A stretch of 63,983 bases of DNA from Octopus bimaculoides (Eukaryota). The position numbers were made by a program, and so were the translations under genes. The stretch is from assembly GCF_001194135.2 (NCBI RefSeq), contig NC_068999.1, forward strand, positions 32,767,910 through 32,831,892, read 5' to 3'. A model generated the notes under the pieces. It was given only the letters and a program-made list of their open reading frames with translations. It did no database searches and had not been told where the DNA came from. Positions within the stretch are counted from its first letter, which is position 1. Each line of letters begins with the position of its first letter. Positions 13,753 to 27,504 of this stretch are shown here, in pieces.

Positions 13753-14930
13753 GTATGTATCATCATCATCAAACATCTACCTTCCATGGTGGCATGAGAT
13801 ATATGTACGTATGTATCCCCAAACCTGCATTTATAAATAGATATTGAGTAAACATACTAAATAGATATGTTTGTGTGTGTCTGTATATACATGTTCAGAT
13901 GTGCATTAAATGTGTGATATTCTTTATTGAAGAAGGCTACCTCCTAATTTGACTACTTTGAAGCCAAGTGGCATCACACTTTCTAATCTAATGCCATTTT
14001 CTGAAGTACCTCTTAAATATAACAATCATCAAAAGACGAAAATCTCTTTCTCTTACATACATACCTGCATATGTAAATATATATATATAAATGTATGTAT
14101 GTATGTATATATATTTGTGGATATGTTTGAATGTTAAAATACATCATGCATTTGCTTTTGCAGTCACACGTCCAACATCGTTTTTTTCTCTTTGTGTTGA
14201 TATTCATCTTTGAATACATCTTTCTGTTATCTTTTGAGAGAGAAAGAAAGGGAAAGAGAGAGAGACAGAGAGAGAGAAAAGTAGTGTTTAAAAATGAAGT
14301 TGAGAGGGTTAACAAATCTGTCTGTGGTAGAGTAAAGTGATGTTGAACAGATAAGCTGTATTGCAACTTAGTGGTGCTTTGATATTTCAACATTCTTTGA
14401 GTACCCTCCACTACTCTATATCTGTGGAGTACTATCCCCTTTAATTTCAAGTACTTCTTCATCCATAGAGTACATTATTCTCTCATTACTTCTATCATGG
14501 AACACCATCCGCTCACTTTACAATTACTTCTACATCCATGGGGTACCATTACTTTTAACTATCACTACTCATATATCTATTGAGTATCATCCATTATCAA
14601 TATCATTACTATTACATCCACTGAGTACCATCTCCCATTCAGGTCATCTATATTTCCAAAATGAATATCTATCATTTCGCCATGTTGTCAGTTCCTGTTA
14701 TATCAGGCAGCCAATAAACATATCGTTGTCAAACTGTAGGATTGCACCAGGCAGTAGGCCTTACTTAGATGTCTCAAGATTTCTTCATCCTAAACAAGTC
14801 GAAATATTCTGATCCTTAAATCTGGAATCTTCTGTATTTCTCACACTAATTTGTGACTCCAGATTTGTGTGCATGTGTTTGTTTAGGTATCTGTATATGT
14901 CCACACACACACACACACACACACATATTT

Positions 14931-15110
14931 AGGAGCATGCATGGCTATGTGGTTAAGATTCTCACTTTGAAATCACATGGTTTTCTGTTCAGTCCCACTT
15001 TGTGGCATCTTAAGCAAATGTCTTCTATCAAAACCCCAGATTGATCACAGCTCTGTGAATGGATTTGGTAGACAGAAACTAAAAGAAGCATATCATGTGT
15101 GTATGTTTGT
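14931..15110 (+). mobile_element. SINE family A 5' part
   Basis: tggctatgtggttaag...gttcagtcccactttgtggcatcttaagcaaatgtcttctat...ggatttggtagacagaaactaaaagaagc. Confidence 0.75.
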
Positions 15111-15263
15111 GATTCCTTGTCTTCAGCCATGCACTAATTGTAAATAAATGCCACTGATATACAATTCCTCATTTGTTTGTGAATGTCTGTGGAAACATGT
15201 CCAGCCATTGTGCTGTTCATGTTTGAAGGCTATAGAGAAATATTTCCTTGCTCAAAAACAGAC

Positions 15264-15650
15264 AAGTGGCTGTGTAGTTAGAAGCTGGCACCCAGCCACA
15301 CGGTTTCTGGTTTAGTCCTACTATGTGGCATTTTGGGCAAATGTCTTCTGCTATAGCCTCAAGATGACCAAAGCCTTTTGAGAGGATTTGGTGAGTGGAA
15401 ACTGAAAGAAGCCCATTGTGTGTGTGTGTGTGTCTTTGTGTCTGTGTTTATCCCCACCACCACCACTTAACAACCAGTGTAGGTATGTTTATGTCCCCAT
15501 AACTTAGCAGTTTGGCAAAAGAGTCCTATAGAATAAGTACCAGGCTTTAAAAAAGAATAAGTATTGGGGTCGAGACATTTAACTAAAATTTCTTCAAGGT
15601 GGTGCCTCAGCATGGCCACGGTCTGATGACTGAAACAAGTGAAAGATAAC
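15264..15650 (+). mobile_element. SINE family A, near full length
   Basis: Head agtggctgtgtagttag, central (GT)n, then aacttagcagtttggcaaaagag...agaataagtac and tail cagcatggcc...tgactgaaacaagt. Confidence 0.85.
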
Positions 15651-16120
15651 AGATAGGTGTCAGAAAAGGATGAGCATTTAGCCAGAGAAAATCTGCCTTG
15701 ACAAATTTTGTCTGACCCATGCAAGCATGGAAAAATGGATGTCAAAATGACAATGGTGATGATGATAAACATATCTATATGTAATTATAGGTGATGTGGA
15801 GGGTGTATTTGCATGTGACAAGATGTATGCATTGATAGATATCCATGTCTTACTGAAAATATATGTGCAAGTACATACATGCATATGTGTAAGTATCTGT
15901 ATGTTTGTAAGCATGGAATTTAATATGGTTATCATGTCTTCCAGTAAATAAAATCAAATCTTATTTCTTTTTGTTTTTAGTGGAATGTTTTATCAATTTA
16001 AAATATATTTAAAATATCTTGAGATATGCTGTAATCTTCTTATATTGAATGTTGACTTAACTAGCATTGTGTATGCATGTGTATTCCTCACAAACATTTG
16101 TACAGTGAAATGTAGATTTG

Positions 16121-16161
<41 letters not shown>

Positions 16162-16320
16162 CACACACACACACACACACATATATATATTTATTTATAT
16201 ATATATATGTATGTATGTATTTATATCTATACATACATACATGTATATATGTGTATATATGTATATATACCAGAATGGAAGGCAGATGTTAAACGATGAT
16301 GATGATGTGTATATATAGAT

Positions 16321-16356
<36 letters not shown>

Positions 16357-16418
16357 CAATCAGGTGTAGGACAGAAAGAATATGTTTATATATATGTGTA
16401 TGTATGTATATATATATA

Positions 16419-16461
<43 letters not shown>

Positions 16462-16708
16462 GTGTGTTTGTATGTGTGTCTATATGTATGTATATGTGTG
16501 TGTATGTATATACGTATGTATATNNNNNNNNNNTATGTGTGTCTATATGTATGTATATGTGTGTGTATGTATATACGTATGTATATATGTGTGTGTGTGT
16601 ATACGTATGTATATGTATGTATGTGTGTATGTATGTATATATGTATGTGTATATATATATGTATATTTATGTGTGTGTGTATACATACATATGTGTGTGT
16701 ATGTATAC

Positions 16709-16785
<77 letters not shown>

Positions 16786-17447
16786 TCTGGTTCGTGTTTA
16801 TCTCAAGAATTCTGGATCAGCTTTGATATTAGATATTTAAATTGCCATGATCATAGTGGTGGGGGGGGGTGATTGTGGTGGTAGTACCACTAAGCACACA
16901 CTTACTCATGTATATTATGTTGGTGTTGATATTTGTTACACTAAATAAGTAAAAGACCCACTCTGTGATATTTCTCACTTCTGGCTGTTAACTTCTCTCT
17001 GGGAAGATAACTTACTCAAATATTAATGTTAACATCAAAATCTGTGAAACTTCTCACTTCTGCTGCAGTGAGGCTATTCATGTTTTGCTCTGGTCTGTAG
17101 CTGTTTCATTTTAGCTCATTGTTGATTCGTTTTAGTAAGATTGTAGTTGTTGAAGTAGACCTTTAGTTGTTTTAGTAAGACTAGTTGTTTTGGTGAAGCT
17201 TCATTTGTTTAGGTAAACAGATAGTTGTTTTAGTAAGACTGCAGTTGTTTAGGTAGATGTATAATTGGTTTAGTAAGCCCATGGTAGTTGTTTCTATTGG
17301 CCCCTAATTGTTCTAGGTCCCAATGTGGTTGTAAACAAACACATTTACCCTTCCCACTCAAACAATGCAAAGCTGACTTTCACAAGATACAAAAGAACTA
17401 TGGCAGTGCGTCTGATCCAATGCTCTAGCAAAGTAGCCGAATGACCA

Positions 17448-17495
<48 letters not shown>

Positions 17496-19740
17496 GTTAT
17501 GACATTGCCTGTCTAGATATCTATATATCTGTCACTCTAGCAGAATAATGTATCACACGACTGACTATATATGGTAATAGATTCTTACTTCATTGTTGTC
17601 ATTGTCAACATCATTATCATCATCATCATCATCACCTTAATTAATATTGTTGTCAGCGTCGTTATCATCATCATCATGAGATAATAGTTTCCTCACACCT
17701 TCTTCAGTGTTCTAATGTAAAGTGTCCAAAACATGAGAGTGAGATAGATGTGGTGTGGGGGAGGTGTGGTTAGCAGTGGTGGGAAGTTAACACCACTAAG
17801 ATGAACGACATAAAATCAAACATGGCCAATATGAAAGTGTTGAATTATTTAAGCCCCTTAAGTTGTTAATAATCTCTCTCTATTGCAGGAATCTTTTTAA
17901 AGGCAAGTAAAAGGCGAAAGAGGGAGGAAATATATAAACCTCCCTTCCCAAGCACTCCCCCCTGCCACCTCAGCACAGTTAAGTTAGAGGGAGAAGGGGA
18001 CATGCCCATTGCCAGATTCTTTCATAGAAGCATGACATTGATAAACCATGTGCACTATGAAATTGGGTAGATTGAGATCTCTGTTAAGTAATTAGTGATA
18101 TGAAGGAAATTTGGCTACCATTTCTGGTAGATTGATGTCATAGAAGAGGACACATTCGATAATATGGTTTTAAGTTCTCAATGCAAAGGAAAAAAATGGG
18201 ATAGGCAGGTTGAAGGCCTTTTGGTTTAAGGCTGAGTTGGGATTAAACAATAATGTCAGCAGCAACCTTATCAGAGAAAGGAGTTCCAGGGTGTTGTAGG
18301 TGCGAGGAGGAACACTTGGACAGTTGTTCAATTTAGGGTTATGATTACTGATACGCTGTGAGAGTGGTGGGTGGAAAATATGCAGAAGTGAGGTAGAAGA
18401 AAGAGGGATAGGTGTCTTGTAGTGTCAGTATCATTCAGAAATCTCTTAGTTATAGAGAGTGTTGTCTTTGGAATATAGTTTTAGTAAATTTGTAAATATG
18501 TTTTCATAATGAGAAGACCATTATAAAAAAAAAGGGACTTAATTGATGTTGCCTACATGATCAGCATGTATCAGATAGTATTGGCATGTAGATATGTGTG
18601 TGTATATGTGTAGAAAGGTAGGTAGATATGCTTCTATTATGACAGAATATCTGTATATACAGGTGAAGTTGTGAATTCTATAATCAGTAAGTTGTGCAAA
18701 TTTCATCAGAATCATTGATTCCAACTGATTCAGAACACTGCTGCCAATTTTTATAGCAGCCATCAACGTATTCCAGCATACTTAGATGAATATGTACAAA
18801 CATGCTTGGACATGTACACTTGCATAAACAGAAATACATATACACATGTATATGTGAAAATGTAGGTATGCATATATGCACACACATGCTACTTCCTCCA
18901 CCACTGCCATCATTATCATGTCTTTAACCGCCATACTGTAATTTTCCTTCCTCACCACTATGACAACACTTTTTATGGTTGATACTTTGTGTGTGTCTAT
19001 ATGTAATTTTGTGTATTTATGGCTTATAAGTTTCTGTATCTGTGCACATTTGTGTATGCTTGTTTGTGTGTGTTTGTTCTGCTATATGATTGGTCAAGGA
19101 TGTATAATTCATTCATGTTAATACAATGTTAGCGTTCATATTCACACACAACACTTATGATGAGCTCTATCTTCTGGTATTTGCTTCATTCACAGCAACA
19201 GCAACTACAGCAATCACGACTACAACAGACGTTTTTCTAAAATTATAGGGTTTATTTTTTGTTGTTGTTGTTTATTTAGTTTCAAATTTCAATAAAAAGC
19301 AGCAAACATTTTTGCAAACAGTATTCGAGAGAGATTTTAGCATCTCTTTCTTATATGTATGTGTGTGTGTGTGTATCTAGTGGTTTCGATTTTAATTCCT
19401 TCCTTCATATCAATTATGTTTTCTGTTTCTAATTAATAATTAATGCATTATGAGATGCATGTCTGATTTAGTAAATTTTACCTCCCTGCATTTACTGATG
19501 CATGGGCTGGTCCCTAATTAAATGCTAACCCTTTCACAAGTTCTGCTAATATGGTACTTCACTGAAACTATCTTGCTGGCTCATTAATTCTGCTTCATAA
19601 TTACCTCATAATATGTGAGGTAACTCACGATAGCGTTGTTGTTGTTGTTGTTGTTGTTGTTGTTATGGTCAGTTGTGTTCTAGGTAGCCATGTTATAGTG
19701 CTGCTACTGTTGTCATTGTAATCAGTTGTGTCTAAAGAAT

Positions 19741-19967
19741 TTAACACTTTTGCATTTAAACTGGCCATATCCAACCCCAAATTCTTCCTGTTTTATGTTT
19801 AGACTGGCCAGATCTGACCTTTCACATTTACCCTTCAATGTCATTCTTAAAATAAACAGTCACATCATCAAAATCTTGAAGCTACAAGATAACGCATGAT
19901 TATTTAAAAACAGTGTGATTAAATAAGCATTACATTTGACAGGGTAATCTGAATGCTAAGGGGTTAA
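19741..19967. mobile_element. piggyBac-type MITE
   Basis: TTAA|cacttttgcatt ... aatgctaagggg|TTAA. Homologous copies at 53737-53976, about 47231-47452 and about 36915-37110. Confidence 0.75.
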
Positions 19968-20024
19968 AGTTTCAAAACATTCCAATTGTTTTCATCTTTG
20001 AGTATTGTCTGGGATTATGCTGTG

Positions 20025-20523
20025 GGATCTATTCAATCTCAGTCACAGAAATTTTAATTAATTTTTTTTAACTAAACAGTATGAAACTTCGGATACTGGT
20101 TGAATGTGTCATGTGGAACACAGTTTACTTTTAACATTTTTGACAAGATTTTGTAATTTAGAAATTATTTTGTGTTAAAATTGTCGTATTTGGGTAATTT
20201 TAACTACTTAGTGACATGTATTCAGCTGAAGAAAGTTACTGCCATTTGCTAAAGTAATGGAAGAGCAACAACTTCTGGGTCATCGGGTCATCTGTTTTGA
20301 ACGCTGCAAATGTACGTAAATACATGCACATATACACATATACAGACATGTCCATCACCCACACACACACACATTCATATGTAAAGCTGATAAAACCCTG
20401 AATGGAAGCAAGGAAAAGGAGAGAGTTTAATGAATTAATATGCAGTGATAGAGGGTTGGTAAGTTTATATAAGCTGTCGTTCAGATCGTCAACACACCAC
20501 CATTCTCTTCTCTCTCTCTCTCT

Positions 20524-20559
<36 letters not shown>

Positions 20560-20868
20560 TTTGTCAGGTTAAAAAAATCAGGCACAATCACTGAAATCAG
20601 CGATTAAAATGTATACTTGTATGTATGTACATGTGTGTATGTTTATGTATGTGTGTGTGTGAGAATCTGTATAGTTGCTTGACCTGCTGGAAATAGCAGC
20701 CAAATCTCTCTCAATGTCACATGTTAACATTATATAAACGAGAGGTCACATTGGAGGAGATGGAAAAAAAAAATACACACACACACACACACACAAGTAT
20801 GTATTCCTTATAAAAGAACTTTCTGTTTTTCTCACCCACCTTTCTTATGTTTTATATTTTTCTACCAC

Positions 20869-20909
<41 letters not shown>

Positions 20910-21175
20910 ATGGTCCAATGACCCAGAAGTTGTTGCTCTTCCATTACTTTCACAAACAGCTGAAACTTTCTTCACCTGAATACATGTCATTGATTCGTTA
21001 AAATTTCCCAAATATGACAACTTTAACACGAAATAACTTCTAAATTACAAAATTTTGTCAAAAATGTTAAGAGTAAACCATGTTCTACACGAGACACTCA
21101 ACCAGTATCCGAAAATTCAAACTTTTTAGTTAAAAAAATTAATTAAAAATTCTGTGACTGAGATTAAATGGATCC
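20025..21175. repeat. Long inverted repeat (about 265-bp arms at 20025-20290 and 20911-21175)
   Basis: aatctcagtcacagaaattttaattaa...gaagagcaacaacttctgggtcat is mirrored by atgacccagaagttgttgctcttcc...ttaattaaaaattctgtgactgagatt. Confidence 0.85.
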
Positions 21176-22388
21176 ATGCTGTGTACTTACTATGATATAT
21201 GTGGTCTATCTTACACTCCATGGTAGATTAGGAGATAGAAGAGCAACAGTATAATTTTGAGGAAAGTTCATTTGTGTTACCCTTCATCATCTGATTTAGC
21301 CATTACACCATCTATATTGATCAGTCATCATGGGTTCTACTGACTTTCTCCCTCCTGGTCAGTCATTAATCAAATATTGTATCTGTTTGATCATTCACTT
21401 TGGCCATTTAGTTTGTATTGAAAGGCTGCTTCTGTTCATGTATATAAGCTCTGTGTTTAGCTTATTTAGGATGTGGTGGGTTTGAATCTCTTGTGATTGG
21501 CAATACACCACAAAACGTGTGCTTAGTATGAAAAGTGATTTTATTCTAGTATTTTGGCATGTCCATGTGTATTGTATATATTTGGATCAGTTGAGAGAGA
21601 GAGAGAGAGAGAGAGATTGTTTTTAAAATGATATCTTGTTATTTAGATGGATGTAGCTTATCAGGCATTTCGTGGTTATTTAGAGTGGTCTTGTGTTCCG
21701 GTGTAGGTTATTGGTCATATACTAACTGATGTTAGACATGCTGCAACAGCCTACAGCAGTTAATTATTGTCTTCAATGCAGCTGATCAGTCTTCCAGTTT
21801 TAATTCTAAAATTCTAGAATTCCTCCATCCTGTCATATTGTATATTGAGAAGCTAAGAAGCCTTAGGATCTTATAGTAGAATCTTTCCAAGAAAGACTGT
21901 CTTCTGTTGTAAACCAATGTGTGAAATAAGATGGAAGTAGTTAATGTTCTCTAGCCAATAGATTAATTATACAAATTCAAATACCAACCCATAAAAATGT
22001 TCCCCCATAAATGATTCAGCTTCTCTGAGCAATACTAGCTGTTTGAAAAACATTGGTTTATGATCCTCTCTCTCTCTCAACTTGTCACACAATCTTACTC
22101 TCTAGTTTTTCATTGCATCCATCTTTCTTTCTATGCTGACAGACGTTGATGATGGTGGTGGCGATGGTAGTGGCAGGGATGGTGCCCATAAATAATTTAT
22201 AGTGATGATGTATTTATTATTACACCCTGATTATTCCACCTTTTAGAATCAGGAGACCAATTTATATTTCTACAGCCTTAAAACTCTCTTTTATGCCAGA
22301 AGCCCTACCCACTGCTGTCTTAGCATACAACCACCTTACCAACTTGTCTGTCTCAGAATATATTCTCTCTGCCATTATTTTCTTTCAC

Positions 22389-22419
<31 letters not shown>

Positions 22420-22478
22420 GGAATATTTTCTTCATTTTGACTTATTGTTTTCATTTCCTTTAAAACATTTGTTAATAT

Positions 22479-23030
22479 CCAGTAAAATCTATTTGCCAAC
22501 GTAATGGCAGTCCTGATTAGGACAATGTTATTACCGTTTTTAGCCCCAGGAAAACATCTTTTTCAGCTGGTTACCAATGCATAACTGCATCCTTATACCT
22601 TGAACAAGGGAGTTAATGTCTCCACTCAGCCTTAAATGGTACCTCCGGACCATGGTTTCTGGGTTATTTCTCTTCATCAGCACAGGATAACCGTTGGCTA
22701 GAGATGGCAGCACTAGGCCTTGCTCAAAGTATATACTTTTAAAGTGACACACAGTCACTGATCTCATAAAGAGGAAAACAACTAGTTTTAAATCTCTGAG
22801 CAAGAAGTAAGTAGTAACAGAACTCCAGAGTAAAATCTATTTGCCAATGTAAAGTGGCAGTTCTGATTAGGATGATGTTACTACCTTTTTTTAGCTCCAG
22901 GAAAACATCTTTTCCAGCTGGCTACCAGATAGTAACATCATCCTAATCAGGACTGCCACTTTTACATTGGCAAATAGATTCTACTCTGTAGTACTGCTAT
23001 TTCTTATTTATCACTCAGAGATTTAAAACT
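22479..23030 (-). mobile_element. 552-bp non-coding hammerhead-bearing element with direct and inverted internal repeats and a 12-bp TSD
   Basis: TSD atttgttaatat at 22467-22478 and 23031-23042. Direct repeat about 22480-22576 vs 22826-22926; inverted repeat about 22783-22883 vs 22929-23031. Confidence 0.75.
22642..22686 (-). ncRNA. Type I hammerhead motif with palindromic stem III
   Basis: CCTGTG-CTGATGA-a-GAG.aaataa.CCC-a-GAAA-CCATGG-TC-CGGAGG. Perfect ACCATGGT palindrome and GUC triplet; stems I and II each have one mismatch. Confidence 0.65.
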
Positions 23031-23825
23031 ATTTGTTAATATTGTTAATTAGAAATCTGCATCAAGTTCAGTTTAATTAAAACCTCAGCTTTTACAATTA
23101 GTCATTAACGATGACAAATTTCAAGTTTGAGGTGGCAAGGTTGCTGTTTGTTATTTTGTTGTTTTATATTATAAATTCTGTTGTTGTTGAAGTTGCTTGT
23201 TCATTTTGCTTTTACTCTACCAAAAATTTTAAAACTATTCTTACACTTTGCACAGTATATGCAGTATTTGGCATAAGTTAACCTTTATTTTTAGAAGAGT
23301 TTTGCTGTCTTGCAATATGAGTAGCAATACTTAGATGGTGAAAAATTGGACTGTTAAGTCACTGGTAACTAATTTAACAAACTGATTTTCTGGTTCAAGT
23401 TTACCCAGAATGACTTGATTTTTTTCTTTTTTTTCAAAGATTTCTAAAAAGTAAATTATAAATAAGAATCAAATCAATGAAAAATATATGGAAGATTCTT
23501 AAAGTTCTTTGTCTGATTGGTTACTTGATAGAGCTATTTGAATAGAATGGAAAAGTAATTTGGAGCAAGTTGTTTTTGAACATTAACTTCTGCCAGAGCT
23601 AACTCCCAATAATAAACTGAGTAAGAAAGCAAAATGTGAACCAAAAGTGACTAGATTGTGGGTCCAATAAAAATAGAAAGCGTAACCAGCAAATATGTGA
23701 CTTACATAACTTCCTTGCTGTTCATGTTAAAGATGATCCAATTATATCAATTTCCATTTAGAATGAAACTATAACTCTTGTTTGTACAATTTTAATTGCC
23801 CACATACACACACACACACATAACT

Positions 23826-24142
23826 GACACTCTATCAGTTATGATGACAAGGGCTCCAGTTGATCCAATCAACAGAACAGCCTGCTCGTGTAATTAACAT
23901 GCAAGTGGCTGAACACTCCACAGATATGCTTACCTTTAACATAGTTCTCAGGTAGATTCAGTGTGACACAGAATGTGACATAGCTGACCTTTGAAATACA
24001 GTTACAACTTATTTTTGCCAGCTGAGTAGACTAGAGCAACTTGAAATAAAGTGTCTTGTTCAAGGATACAATGTGCTGCGAGGTATCGAACTCATGACTT
24101 TACAATCGTGAGCCAAATACCCCAACCACTTAGCCCTGCACC
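23826..24142 (-). mobile_element. tRNA-derived SINE family D (head related to C); partial copies near 12850-13010, 53612-53736 and 57510-57712
   Basis: Minus head gaggtgcagggctaagtggtt...gagttcgatacc, then caagacactttatttcaagttgctctagtctactcagctg. Confidence 0.8.
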
Positions 24143-25443
24143 TCCTCTTATAGACACACACACACACACAGTCCAATTATAGATTAGCTGGTCAAAACTT
24201 TGAAGGTACTGTAAATACTATTCTTCTTAAAGAATAATACATATGTACTCTTCAAAAGTATAGAGTATCACTTCAGATTAATGTAAAATTGTTTTCATTA
24301 TAACTGAACATAAAAACAACCATTAATATATATGTGTATAAACACACACAAAGCAGCTTGGATCATAACATTTTCTTTTATACTAGAATGTGAAAGGCTT
24401 TTGCTGCTGAATTTTGTCTTGCAGAAAAATTTCTCTATACGAAAAATCTAGTGCACAAGACTGTAAATGTACATGTACACATCTACATGTGTATGTGTGT
24501 GAATGTTTTCAAAGCTGGTGATTCTCTCTGTCTCCCCACTGTTTCTCTTTTTGTAGTAGCAGTGTCAAATACCAGCTTCATCCAAGTAAATATTCCCTAC
24601 TATATGTACTGAACAGTAATTTTCTTGTTCATGACTTAGAACTTCGAGAGTAAATAGGCAATAAATGCATCAGCTGATGTGTGCAAGACAGCCAAGTACA
24701 TTGGTATTGACATATCATGTGAACATAAGACTGGAACTGAATGAAATGCATTGCTGTGTGCAGAGGATTGGAGATAAAGACGAATGAAGCCAGATCTCAA
24801 GATGTTGTTACTTGCAATAACATGACACAAAATAGCAACAGACCTATCTAAACCTAAGCATTGATGTTAATGAAATGAACTTAGGCTAGGAATAAATTCA
24901 AGAACAATTATTTACCTCTGAATATCAATGCTGACAGTCATAGATTAATGCTGTTTCAAATTATAATGAAATAACAACATCAATCAAACCTGAAGTTTGT
25001 ACTTTGCTTATAGACCAGTAATTTAGCACAATGTAGTGCAGCTACTCTCTTAGCTTAGAACCTTCATAAAATGTTTGAGTTCAAAGCCAGCCATGGGAAA
25101 ACTACATTATATGTGTAAATATGTGTGTTTCTTGAAGACAATCAGACTGAAACACAGTAGTGTAGAAACAGCCAGAGAACGAGGTTAATAGTTTTTTTTG
25201 TTGTTGTTGTTGTTTTTTTCATTATCAATGTCTATTGATCTATTGATATCTATAAAATATAAACATATATAGCTTCTGGTCAGATATTGATGTTATATAA
25301 CTCTGCTGCTTAAAGTATTGAGTACTTTAGTTTTTTTTAGTTTGTGAATACTGTCATTCTTATGAACAAACACATCCTTATCTCTCTCTCCCTCCCCCCA
25401 CCTCTCTCTCCACATATTTATATGTATACATGTATTTATATTT

Positions 25444-25492
<49 letters not shown>

Positions 25493-25841
25493 NNNNNNNN
25501 NNNNNNNNNNNNNNNNNNNNNNNNNNNNNNNNNNNNNNNNNNNNNNNNNNNNNNNNNNNNNNNNNNNNNNNNNNNNNNNNNNNNNNNNNNNNNNNNNNNN
25601 NNNNNNNNNNNNNNNNNNNNNNNNNNNNNNNNNNNNNNNNNNNNNNNNNNNNNNNNNNNNNNNNNNNNNNNNNNNNNNNNNNNNNNNNNNNNNNNNNNNN
25701 NNNNNNNNNNNNNNNNNNNNNNNNNNNNNNNNNNNNNNNNNNNNNNNNNNNNNNNNNNNNNNNNNNNNNNNNNNNNNNNNNNNNNNNNNNNNNNNNNNNN
25801 NNNNNNNNNNNNNNNNNNNNNNNNNNNNNNNNNNNNNNNNN

Positions 25842-25880
<39 letters not shown>

Positions 25881-27504
25881 GTGTATGAATGTATGTACAT
25901 GCACACACATGCAACCTACCTCTTCCTAAACCTCCTCCTTCTCATTATTCTTAACTGCTATAGCAGCAAGAATGGGTTGGTGCTTTGCCCAGGGCATTCC
26001 ATAGTGCCAGTGGCAGAACATGAACTTTGAATGCTTTAGCCAAAGGATCAATAACTTATTCACCTCTCTCTCTCTCTTTCTCCCTTCTCTGTCTATCTTT
26101 CCTCTTTCTCTTTTTTCCTGTCTCCTCTCCCCATAACTGATGTGATATATTGCTACAGGTTTGTTGATCTTGCAACCCCTCAGGTATTCAGGATGGTTCA
26201 CTCACTCAAGGATTCTATGGAGTTCGATTTACCATTCTCATCTGTTCTTAATATCAGAGTTGTTCCTTTATTCAACTGTCATTCTATCAATGAGACTGTT
26301 GTAGTATGGCATTGTGTTGCATGTAACTATTCAAATTTGATAAACAGCACTTCCAGGGTCTTCAGATGGCATTTGTCAGGGTTTGTTTTCTCAATATATA
26401 TTTCTATTTCTTGTCATCCCTGTTCCCATCCTTCTACCTCTCCATCACCAACACCATCACCATTACATAAATCTCAGCCTCTTCCTTCCATTTTCTCCAG
26501 TTTCCTGATCATCATCATCATCATAAAATCATCTTCATCATCAGTGTCACCATTACATCATCCTTTACCTCTTCTGTCCTTCCTTCCTCTTGTTTATCCT
26601 ACCACCTTCTTGCTCTCCCTATCATCATCATCATCACCACATTATTCCTGTGCAAGAAGAAACAATGTGCTCATCTATCTTATCCATAAGTCATTAGTTT
26701 TAGATTCAACCTACTCCTGCCCCTTAATTACCTTTTCTCACTTTTTCCATTTTTATTTTACCTCATGTCTTTGTACACACACCCTCTTTCACCCAGACGC
26801 CATGATCATTACCCCACTGGGGTTCCATGTATTTCCATTCTTTCACCTAATTTCTTCACAGATTGCCTTCACTCTTGCCATCCAATTCCATTATTATGAA
26901 TTTGAATTGGGAATTTGAGTCATAGTGAATCTTTCATTAGCTGATTACACAACCATGGATGCCACCCCTACGGATGCGTTGCAATTACTCTCTTGATAGA
27001 GCTGGGTGATCCTGAGTATCGATCTTCTAGGATTCCTCCACTCAGCATCAATGTAAGAAGCATCATTAGCTCAATTGAGGTCTTCTGCTAACTCTTCACA
27101 ATCTGCCATGCTGCAGTCCCATGACTTTGCTGTATCCCTGGCAGGGTGGCTGAAGAGGTGCTTTACCTTGCCAAAGGGCAACCAGTAATTATGCAGGGCA
27201 TGGTCATCACTCCACAAAGTATTCTCAAAATACCCACATACCCTTTCACCAAGCTATTTCGTCTTTATTCTACCTCACTTCTCTCTCTACCCTCTCACAT
27301 AGCCACCTTTCACAATGCCACCTCTGCAGTCAATTTCTAACTGTATACTGAGTACTGGGGTTCAATGTTTTTTGACTAACCCTTCAAGGTGACAAGGGGA
27401 TGTCCCAGCATAGCCACAGTCCAGTGATTGAAACAAGTAAAAAGTAAGATAATTTTCAGCTAGACTGAGCGTAACTTTAGTGCAACTGCCAGATCATTGA
27501 CCTC

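Noticed and set aside
16470-16590. About 52-bp direct repeat on either side of a 10-N gap
   Set aside because: Typical unmerged contig overlap, so an assembly artefact.
17128-17330. CRISPR-like repeat-spacer pattern (also the other minisatellites)
   Set aside because: Eukaryotic context; units are degenerate and contiguous, with no unique spacers and no cas genes.
18250-18480. Possible CR1/L2 3' remnant (PRT..TLWNS-like on the minus strand)
   Set aside because: Needs frameshifts to see and is too short to support without a profile search.
26142-26918. 258-aa plus-strand ORF
   Set aside because: Low-complexity Ser/Pro/Ile/Leu sequence from CT- and CAT-rich repeats, with no recognisable domain.
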